DNA from: Lama guanicoe
Taxonomy: Eukaryota
Assembly (NCBI GenBank): GCA_013239625.1
Contig: MU056050.1
Location: 5,155,366 to 5,219,365 of the forward strand
Reading direction: 5' to 3'
DNA: 64,000 bases
In this document: piece after piece, positions 53,890 to 64,000 of the stretch
How positions within the stretch are numbered: the first letter of the stretch is position 1
How the letters are laid out: the number at the start of each line of letters is the position of its first letter
The notes under the pieces: generated by a model
Told to the model about the DNA's origin: nothing
The model's input: only the letters and a program-made list of their open reading frames with translations
The model's database searches: none
Program-made: the position numbers and the translations under genes

Positions 53890-55410
53890 TAATAGATGGC
53901 TACAAACACACTGAAAGTAAAAGGATGAAAAATATGTATCATGGAAAAAGCAACCATAAGAAATCTGGATTGGCTATCTTAATATCAGACAAAAAAGCCT
54001 TTAAAGGTTGTTACTAGAGATAAAGTGGGACATTATATAATGATAAAAGGGTCAATTCATCAGTAATATAAAACAATTATAAATATGCATGCACCTAATA
54101 AGAAAGCACCAACATTCATGAAGCAAACTGACAGAAATGCAGAGAGAAATAATCAACTGAACAATATTAGTAGGAGACATCAGCACCTATCTGTCTATAA
54201 TGGATAGGACAACTAGGCGGGATATCAACAAGGAAATAGAAGACTTGAACAAGACCATAAATCAAACAGACCAAACAGACATCTATCCAACACTCCACTC
54301 AGCAGTAGTAGACTATATTCTTCTCAAGCACACATGGAACATTCTCCAGGATAGATCACATGCTAGGCAATAAAATAAACAATACATTTTAAATGGTTTA
54401 AATAATACAAAGTATATTCTGTGACCACAGTGGAATGAAATTAGAAGCCAATAAAAGAGCAATCTGGGAAGTTCAAAAATCTGTGGAAATGAAACAACAC
54501 ACACCTACCTAACCAGTGGTCAAAGAAGAAATTAAAAGGGAAATCAGAATATATACAAACATTTTATCCTCAAGAATAAGATATGAGAAAATATGTGTAC
54601 ACACATTTCATAGAAGATAGTCAAATATCCAAGAAGCACAAAAGAATATATTCAACATCACTAGCCATTAGAGAAATGCACATTAAAATCACAATGCTAT
54701 ATCACTGCACCACATTAAAATCACTAAAAATAAGACCACTAATAATACCAAGTGTTGATAACAATGTAGAACCACTGGAACTCTCATACATTGCTGATAG
54801 GTATGAAAAATGGTATTGTCACTTAGAAAAACTTCACAGGATCTTAAACTATTACACATATATTCTATATATAATCACTATATGTGTAACATATGTAACA
54901 TATACACTATATGCTACAGAAATACAAAATACTATACGACTCTTAGTATTGCCCCAAGATAATTAAAGCATAAATCCACACAAAGATTTATACACAAATA
55001 CTTACAGCAGCAGCAGTTATAACATCCTCCTAAATGGAATCAATCCAAAGGTCCATCAGTTGGTAAATGGATAAACAAACTGTGATATACCCATATTAGA
55101 AAACACTGTTCATCAGTCAAAAGAAAGAAAATATTCATACATGTAAAAGGATGGATGGATGTCAAAGACATCCACCAAAGAAGTCAAACATAAAAGGCAA
55201 GACACTGTATGAGTTCATCTGTATAAAATTCTATAAAAGACAGAAAAACAGATCAGTGTTTTCATGAGATAAAATTCCAAACATGACATCAACAGCAAAG
55301 AGGCAGAAGAAAGTTTTTAGGGATATGGAACTAATTTATATTTTGATTGCGTTTGTGGCAGCTAGCTCTACATTTTAATAAATTAAACTTTAATGTATAT
55401 ACTTGATTTT
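53890..55410 (+). mobile_element. L1 EN-domain fragment (to about 54550) followed by an old L1 C-terminal/3' fragment
   Basis: 'gggacattatataatgataaaagggtcaattcatcag', 'ctgtgaccacagtggaatgaaattagaa'; ORF 54583..54966 'STSLAIREMHIKITMLYH'. Confidence 0.85.
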
Positions 55411-55519
55411 TAGAAAGGCATGAAGTGATTGGAAATAGACACTCTTATTTACATGACATTGAAAGTGAATATGGAGCAATTTATGCATCTCTCAGTCTGC
55501 ACAGTATTCACACATGATA

Positions 55520-57060
55520 GTAAATTTTATATGTATTTTATTAGAATCTATCATAAATTATATATGTCACATGTATAGGTGATTTTTGATTTAGAAACAA
55601 TAATAAAATAAATATACATGTAACCAATATTCAGCTAAAAAACGTAATACTGCAACTATTTTTAAGACCATTTGTACTGGGGTCTGATGTGATCTCTCTT
55701 CATCTCATCAGAGTAATCACTGGAATTTTGTGTAATTTATTCATTTATTCCTTTTCCTTTCTTTATAGTTTCATCAGAGCTGTGTGTATCCCTAAACTAT
55801 ATGTTGTTTAAGTATATACTATTACTACTCTTTAAGTGCTCATCATACAAATTTTCATATGCTTCACAATGTTTAAAATTAATACTTTAAACTTTTCCTC
55901 AAAAAATATTAGACTAATTTAATTCCAATAATCTCTACCCCAAATTATATGTTATTGCCCAATGTTTACTTTTTTAAACCTTAAAAGTAGGCATCATTGT
56001 TATTATTTTATCATTTTTTTAAATTTACCCACTTGTATGGTGTTTTTGGTTATTATTCTTTTGTATTTCTTTAAAATTTCTTCTAAGATTATTTTTCTGC
56101 CTCCTGAAGAATGTCCCTTAAAAAGTTAAGTTTCAGTTTTTGCTACCTGAAAATATCTTTATTTACCTTGATTTTTGGAAGGTAGTTTCCATGCTTTGAC
56201 ACTTCTAACTTGGTAAAGTTATTGTCTTTCATTTTGATAAAGATATTATTTCATGGCCTTCTGGCTTCAATTACTGCTTTGGAGAAGTCAGTGTACTTGT
56301 CAGTTTTTGTAGGTTATCTGTGTTTTCTCTGGCTATTTTTAAGATGTTACCTTTTTGTATTTTGTACTTTACTGCGATACAGATTTCTTTAATTGTATTC
56401 TGCTTGTGAACTGCTGCTTTTCTGGCTTTTCAGACTGATTTTATTGATACATTTGGGGAAATTCTCTGGCATTCTCTCTTGATATTTCCTTGGTATGCTT
56501 CTTTCCCTTCTGATATTCTTGATTAAATAGGTGAAAATTTCCCACTCTTCTACGTTTCCTAAACTACTTTTGACATATTTTCTTTTTATCCCATGGTGCT
56601 GATTTTTGCATAATTTCTTCAGACTATATTTCTTTTTAACAATTTTCTCATCACTTGTGTTTAATCAGCTTTGTAAGCCCTCCGTTATCTTTCTAAATTA
56701 AAAGGGGTTAATGTTTTAATTCTAAGAGTCCTTTTGGTTCTCCTTTCAAATTGATTTCAAAATTTGTGAAAGCACTTTAGTCAGCTTTCATAATATTAGT
56801 AAACTTTCGTATGTCTTTCAGCATATTTAGCATCCATGTTTTATGTTCTATTCCCTGTAACTTGATAATCTAAAGTAACTACGGATCTAAGACACCTTTT
56901 CATTATTTTTCCTAAGTGTCACTCAGGGTAAGTGGTTTCTTACATAGTTTTTCAGTTTTGAATTGTATTTGTTATTTGGAAGTTTGTGGCAGTTTGTTGT
57001 GACCATACCCCAGAGAGGATGTGGTTTGGGTGTTACCAGGTGTCTCAGCATTTTAGAAAA
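55520..57060 (-). mobile_element. Highly decayed antisense L1 (L1ME-like)
   Basis: T-rich; 'ttatttcatggccttctggcttcaattactgctttggagaagtcag' is typical of antisense ORF1. Confidence 0.65.
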
Positions 57061-57649
57061 CTTCAAACATTTAATTAAGGACTTTTTCTTTCTGGCCACA
57101 TAAATAGTGTAATTTAAAACCCCATGTACACATGAGGATTGAGGTTACATGAGGATTTAGTTTTCTTTTCTACCTCTCTACGCAGGACCAAGACCAATAT
57201 AAGCAAATGTTCATCTTCCTTAATCAAATCTGTCTCTCCATCTGTCTCTGTATCTCTGTCAGTCTCTCTCATACACACACATACACACAAACTTTTTCCC
57301 TCTATGAAGTTGCAGCATTTTAGTACACCAGCTTTACCCAAGACTTTCTGATCTAATGGAAGTCACAGGATTTGTCTTTTCATTCCCACATGTGTATTCC
57401 CTATATGCCTACTTTCTCATTCATTCTGGCCTCTAAGTGTTTCGCTTTCATTTTCAATAATTTATTCATGCATCCATAAGGGTATTTTTACATTTTACCT
57501 AGCAGTTTCCTCTGGCTATGCTGCTAACTGTGTTCTTAGAAAATGAAATCTGCCACATGTGTTTTGTAGTTTATTTCATATAGCTTTGTTTATCAGGGTG
57601 CTGCAGTCATGGTCAATGCCAAATCCTCTATCAAACTGTAAGAACTGCA

Positions 57650-57925
57650 AATATATATCTGTATGGCTCTACATGACTTGTTACATGCCTTGTCTTACAT
57701 TAGTTTACATGCCTTGTCTTACATTAATCTCTAGTTTACATGCCTTGTCTTACATTAATCTCTAGTTCACATGCCTTGTCTTACATTAATCTCTCCTTCT
57801 CCCTATAAGCACCAGTCATACTGACTGTTTCTTGAGTCCTTCAAGCCTATTTTCTATTATATTCATCCTAGCCTAAGAGCCTACACACAGTTTCCTCCTC
57901 CTTGAATGATATTCCTTCTCTGGTT
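57650..57925 (+). mobile_element. L2 fragment
   Basis: 'caccagtcatactgactgtttcttgagtccttcaa...tttcctcctccttgaatgatattcc'. Confidence 0.55.
57681..57794. repeat. 31-bp minisatellite (gtttacatgccttgtcttacattaatctcta), 3 units plus a partial
   Basis: Units start at 57703, 57734 and 57765; 22-bp partial at 57681. Confidence 0.95.
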
Positions 57926-57929
57926 GCTT

Positions 57930-58212
57930 ACTATATCTATGCTTCATCAAAATACATTCGAAAATACTATGGCTTATGGCTTAAAGCATCAGTGATTTAT
58001 TATTCCTTGTGATTCTGTCATTTGGCTGGAGTCAGTTGGGTAATACATCTACATGTGGTGTTGGTTCACGTCACTCAGACGGATAAACCGAGTTGGGGGC
58101 TTGATTCTGGCCAGGTGATCGAAGATAGCCTCAATCATCTGTCTGTCTTTTAGTGTTACCTACCGTTCAGTGCCAATCTCCCCAAGCGTTCCCTCTGGCA
58201 GGGTAGCTGGAT
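57930..58212 (-). mobile_element. MLT1 (H/I-like) LTR split by an L1; resumes at about 60790-60865
   Basis: 'tggcttaaagcatcagtgatttattattccttgtgattctg'; continuation 'gcaaggtctctttagatctaggctc'. Confidence 0.7.
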
Positions 58213-60780
58213 TTTTTAAAAATTATTTACTTATACTGAATTATAATTGACATACAATATTATATTAGTTTCAGGTATATAAAATATTAATGTATTTTTC
58301 TATATTACAAAATGATCACCATGGTAAGTCTAGTTACAATCTGTCACCATACTGAGTTATTACAATATTATTGACTATATTCTCTATGCAATACATTAAA
58401 TCCCATGATTTATTTATTTTATAGTTGGAAGTTTGTATCTCTTAATCCCTTCAACTATTTTGCCCACCCTCTGACCTCCTCTGGCAACCACCAGTTTGTT
58501 CTCTATACGTATGAATCTGTTTCTGTTTTGTTTGTTTTTATATTCCACTTATGAGTGAAATCAAAGTATTTGACTTTCTCTGTCTAATTTATTTCACTTA
58601 ACATAATACCTTCTAAGTCCATCCATGATGTTGCAAATGACACAACTTCCAAATTTTTATAGCTGAGTAGTATTCCATCATATATATATGTATTTTTACC
58701 AAATCTTCTTTATCCATTCATGTATCAATGAATAATTAATAGATGTATGAAATTAGGTGGTTTACATAGCTGCAAATAGAGATATATCTATCTTTTCACA
58801 TTTGTGTTTTTGTTTTCTTCAGATAAATACCCAGAACTGGAATCGCTAGATCATACCACAGTTCTATTTTTATGGTTTTATTTTTAGCTTTTTGAGGAAC
58901 CTCCATACTGTTTTTCTCAGTGGCTGAATCAGTTCACATTCCCACCAACAGTACATGAGGGTTCCCTTTTATCCACATCCTCACCAACACTTGTTGTTTC
59001 TTTTCAATTTGATAATAGCCACAGTGGTAATACATTAAATGGAGTTTAAAAACCAATAGAAAAGATCAGTGAAACTAAGATCTGATTCTTGGAAAAGATA
59101 AACAAAATTGATGAACTATTAGCCAGACTCATCAAGAAAAAAAAAGACCCCAAATAAATAAAATCAGAATTGAAAGAGGAGAAATTATAATTGATAACAA
59201 AAAATAAAAGATCATGAGAGAATACTCTTAACAATTATGTTTCAACAAATTAGACAACCTAGAAGAACTAGATAATTTCCTAGAAACATACAATCTTCTA
59301 AGATGGAATCATGAAGAAACAGAAAATCTGAATAGACTATTTACTAGTAATGAAATTGAATCAGTAATCAAAAACCTTCCAACAATCAAAAGTTCAGGAA
59401 CAGATGGCTTCACAGGGGATTTCTATCAGATAGTTTTTTAAAAGTGAATACCTATCCTTCTCAAATTACTCCAAAAAAAAATTGAAGAGGAAGCAACACT
59501 TACAAACTTATTTTCACAAGTCAGGATTAACTTCATACCAAAAGGACACAAAGAAACTAACATAAGAGAAAATGACAGGCCAATAACCTTGATGAACATA
59601 GATGCAAAAATCCTAAACAAAATATTAGCAAACTGAATTCAACAATACATTAAAAGAATCATATACTATTATCAGGTAAAATTCATTACAGGGATGCAAG
59701 GATGGTTTAATATCTGCAAATCAATTAACATGATACACCACAATAACAAAATGAGGAATATAAATCACATGATCATCTCAATAGATTCAGGAAAAGCATT
59801 TGACAAAATTCAACATCAGCTTATGATGAAGACTCCCAACAAAGTGTGTACAGAGAGAACATACATCATAATAAAGGCCATATATGACAGACCCACAGCT
59901 AACATCATATTCAGTGGTGAAAAGCTGAAAGCTTTTTCGTCTAAGATCAGGAACTAGACAAGGATATCCAATCTGACCACTTTCATTCAACATAGTTTTG
60001 GAAGTCTTAGCCAGAACAATTAGTCAATAAAAAGAAATAAAGTGTATCTAAATTGGAAAGGAAGAACTAAAACTCTCACTCTTTGCAGATTATGTGATAC
60101 TATCTATAGAAAATTTCAAAAACTCCACCAAAAAAACTATTAGAACTAATAAATAAACTCAGTAACATTTCAGGATAAAAATTAATGTACAAAATTCTGT
60201 GCACTTCTGTGCAGTATTAACAAACTATCAGAAAGAGACATGAAGAAAACAATCCCATTTACAATTGCATCACAAAGAATAACATACCTAGGAATAAATT
60301 TAACAAAGGATGTGAAAGACCTGAATTCTGAAAACTATGACATTGATGAAAGATATTGAAGACTACACAAATAGAAAGATATACCATGCTCATGGATTAG
60401 AAAAATCAATATTGTTAGTGTCCATACTACCCAAAGCAATCTACAGATTCAGTGCAATCCCTATCAAAATCCCAATGGCATTTTTCACAGAACTAGAACG
60501 AACAATCCTAAAATGTGTATGTAGCCACAAAAGGCCCCAAACAGACAAATCTTGAGAAAGAAGAACAAAGATGGAGGTATCACACTCCCTAATTTCACAC
60601 TATACTCCAAAGCTATAGTAATCAAAACAGTTTTGTACTGGCATAAAAACAGACACATAGATCAATGGAATAGAATAGAGAGCCCAGAAGTTAACCCACA
60701 CTCACATGAACAATTCATCTAGGACAAAGGAGGCAAGAATACACAATGGAAAGAAGACAGTCTTGTCAATAAGTGGTGTT
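58213..60780 (-). mobile_element. 5'-inverted L1: 3' end on - strand (58213-59021), ORF2 Z/RT segment on + strand (about 59040-60780)
   Basis: ORF 59694..59957 '[16 protein letters not shown]...[17 protein letters not shown]'; antisense 3' UTR with a T run at the left end. Confidence 0.85.
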
Positions 60781-60865
60781 CTATTTGTTTTTATTGTACC
60801 TCAGAACTTGAAGGGGGTGACTGCAAAAGTGGCAAGGTCTCTTTAGATCTAGGCTCTCGAAATTG

Positions 60866-60930
60866 CTGTATTAGTTTTCTATCACTGTTGTTACAAATTA
60901 TCACAAAATTAGATACTTAAAACAGCATAT
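60866..60930 (-). mobile_element. MLT1 terminal fragment
   Basis: 'tgtattagttttctatcactgttgttacaaattatcacaaaattag'. Confidence 0.7.
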
Positions 60931-60932
60931 TT

Positions 60933-61143
60933 GGTGGGGAAGGGATAAATTAGGAGTTTAGATAAACAACAAGGTCCTACTGTATAGCACAGGGAACTAT
61001 ATTCAATACTTTGCAATAATCTATAATGGAAAAGAATATGACAAATAATATGTGTGTGTGTGTGTGTATACATATATGACTGAATCACTATGCGGTACAC
61101 TAGAAACTAACACAACATTGTAAATCAACTATACTTCAATGTT
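60933..61143 (+). mobile_element. Short L1 3' tail containing a (TG)n
   Basis: 'aacaacaaggtcctactgtatagcacagggaactatattcaa'; TSD-like aaaacagcatattt/aaaatagcactttt. Confidence 0.9.
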
Positions 61144-63079
61144 AAAAATAGCACTTTTATGGGAAGAGAGGAAGTATACTGCTGTGAAGATTAAGAGCAT
61201 TCATTGTGTATTTTTAACATCTTGGGGTTACTGAAATTAAATCATTTAGTTTGATTTTATTTGTGACTTGAAATATATGACACAACCAAATTTTCCAAAG
61301 TTAGAAATCAACAGAATTATCTGAAGAATAAATACAGTTAATTCTCACTTTGAACTGTAGCTATGATCACAGAACACTGATTTTTGTTTTTTATGGAGAT
61401 AAAACTTCAAGAAATTTTATATGGGGCAATTTAACAACATATTAAGATGAAAATAGGATCTGTTTATTATAGAGCCAAGACTAAGGTTTGTGAGCAAATG
61501 CTCAACTTGGGACAACATTTTTCCATTCTATTCCATTTCATATATTCTGAATGAGCCATTCTTTTTTTTGATCTGCTATATCTCTCTCTTGTGATTGTTG
61601 TTTGTTACGAATCTGCTACCAAAAATGCATTTCTTGTTTTATCCCTTAAAAATAGCCTTTTTCATACAAGGAGGCAATATGAAGACACATTTACAAAAGG
61701 ATATTTGCTTTGATGACCAAGTGCTTCTGAAGTTTTGACAGAAATACATTTTTTACCTAATATGTATTTTTTTAACTTCTAATGGGTGTATTAAAAAATC
61801 ATTACTTCTGCTTTAAATAAGAAACACTTATTCACACAGTAATAGTTTTCTTTCTAGCTTAACATCTCAAATTTAATACATCACTTTTATTCTTTTCACG
61901 TTATTGTTATAATGAAACATAGGCAAGTATTAACTGTAAGGAGATAATTTGAAAAATCATTAATTTTGTAGGAAATTAACTTGGTTGAAGTCATACAACT
62001 TCTATCAAAGGCTTCTATATGTACCTAAATATTGAGAGTATAACAGAATTTTGAATGTATAAATGGCAGATTTATATCAAAATTTTCAGATAAAACATTT
62101 GATGATTAGCAGTTTCTACTGAGTAAATTTTAGCTGTAGTTTTTGGTTCAGAAGTTATGAAAACCTGGGATTTAAGTTTCTCTTCTTTTATTATTTAAAT
62201 AAATACTTCTATGATTTTATACTGTTAACAATATAGTTTGCTGTGAATATTTGGTAGTTATTTTTATTAGTTTACTGAACCTCATTTCAATATCCATCTT
62301 CATAAAAATTTTTAAAAATTGTTTAGAATAGCATTTTCTAAATTTTAATTATTAATTTTTCTCAATTCATGTAGTTAATCCCAGAATATAAAAGAGCATG
62401 GTGATGCAGCAGCTCAGATTTGACAGTATTCTTCCTTGTATGGATTCTGTCACCAGCAGGATATATCACGTTTAGATATTTTGAGGGCCAGATGACTTGA
62501 ATAAAGCATGTTGCACCTGTTCCTATACTTTGTGGCCTCCCCTCCTCCATAAATGTCCGGAAAAAATGAATGAAAATGTACTGTAACTTTTTATTCTATG
62601 TGTGTGTGGGGGGTGTAGTCTTCCCCATACATATATCTGTATCCCACTGGAAACGCTGCAAATGAAAAAAAAAAAAGACTGCTTTTGTCTTTCATTCTTT
62701 TCATTGGAAATAATAGAGATCAAATCACATTAGTATAACTAGAGAGATATGAGAATGATTATGAATAAAGGGACATCTTATAAAAATCCAAGAAAATGAG
62801 CCTTTATTGTATTTGGCTTCCAAAGTGATTTCTAGACTTGAACTAGAGTGTGGTTCCAAATCAATAGAGCTTTAGAAAATTTTTCAGTGGTTATTGTAGA
62901 GCTTTACTGTGATGTTCCAGAAGTAATCTTTTCCAGGTATACTCTGCATATCTTCCTTTTTGTTTCAGATGACCAGTAGGCCTTCTCCAATAATTCATAG
63001 TCTGTATTTCCTTACATCTTTGAATTTCACCACATGGCACTCCACTTTTGCTCCCTCACAATCATGTAGTTACATTTTT

Positions 63080-63290
63080 GTATCATTAACTGGCAGCTTC
63101 CTTCTATGTTTTTTCATTCAAGTTCCCAAAATAGACTATGTGATTCTTCAGTTGAGCCAGACCACAAATGGATTTGTCAACTCCTGGGTCAATAGTCCCT
63201 TCTCAGGTCCAAGTGGTTCTGGCCACCATGGGATGAGTGCAGGGGGATGTATAAATTATGACTGTCTAGGCGTCAAGAGTTTTGAATGGA
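63080..63290. mobile_element. Possible old MLT1 remnant
   Basis: 'gggtcaatagtcccttctcaggtccaagtggttctggcca' resembles recalled MLT1 internal motif. Confidence 0.3.
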
Positions 63291-64000
63291 GCAGTTTCCA
63301 TTAGAAAGGAGTATCAGAGTGGTATAGAGCATGAGTGGCATATATAATGTAGGCATATAACCCAAGGACAAACTCAAAGGAATAGCATGAACTTTGGAGA
63401 ATAAAATCCAAAATCAATTAGGCATAGGAAAATGCCAAATAAAACAATTTTTTTCAAAGCATTTTTATCTGCAAAATTGAACTTTACAGCCTTCCTGTCC
63501 CATACAAATTATTTTTTCTTTTTTCCTGAAATAAAAAGTCTATGAATAACAATATTGTGGTATTTGAGTCAAAATGCTCTTATGTGAAGATTCAAAAGAT
63601 GATACTTTTCATTATGTGAATTATTTGTTATGAATTGAGATGTGATTTCTGTTACTGAAATGAAAAAATTTACAGAATAAAATATTTATATTAAAATTCT
63701 TATTTGTTAATTTATTTTTAACCCTGAGCTGAACATTGATTTGATAAAACGTCATATGCTGAGTATGGAATTTATGGTATCCTTTCTAAATCAAAATCCT
63801 CCCTTGTGTTTACATAATGTCAGTCACTAGAGTTCAAAGCACTTAACAAACATTTCGCAACAAGCCTTAATGGATTTTAAAATTAATTAAGGAAGAGAAT
63901 GTCGCATTGCACCTATGCATGCTGATTCGGTATTCATTTGTCCTTGTCAATGCCTCTTACTCTTTTCAACATTCTTACCCTTCGTACTTTTTAAATTCAC

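Noticed and set aside
57681..57794. CRISPR-like ~30 bp repeats
   Set aside because: Head-to-tail with no spacers, in a mammalian context.
59694..59957. Reverse-transcriptase-like ORF suggesting a novel RT system
   Set aside because: Ordinary disrupted L1 RT.
62960..63304. 114-aa ORF behind a good + strand acceptor (tcttcctttttgtttcag)
   Set aside because: No recognisable protein, no convincing donor, and the distal part resembles an MLT1 remnant.

Overview
AT-rich mammalian non-coding DNA, mostly decayed transposable elements. I found no credible host exon, RNA gene or CRISPR array; the ORF-track entries I could identify are repeat fragments and the rest look like chance ORFs. Cetartiodactyl-type young L1 3' tails, with no recognisable ruminant, whale or pig SINEs, suggest a camelid genome (inference). 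Contents: many nested L1s (mostly + strand), a decayed ERVL gag-pol (46.5-52.8 kb) with nested LTRs and an inverted integrase segment, solo LTRs, L2, MIR, MER5A, microsatellites and one 25-N gap. The most interesting structures are: (1) a MER31-like ERV1 transcript apparently retroposed by L1, with U5 missing, an A-rich tail and a TSD at a TT/AAAA site (35581-36471); (2) a ~400 bp element made of an L1 5' terminus fused to an L1 3' terminus, with an imperfect TSD (5182-5584); (3) the ERVL integrase inversion; (4) a twin-primed L1. I do not see a new protein-coding system. Repeat family names come from recalled consensus sequences, not a search; boundaries without a TSD are approximate.
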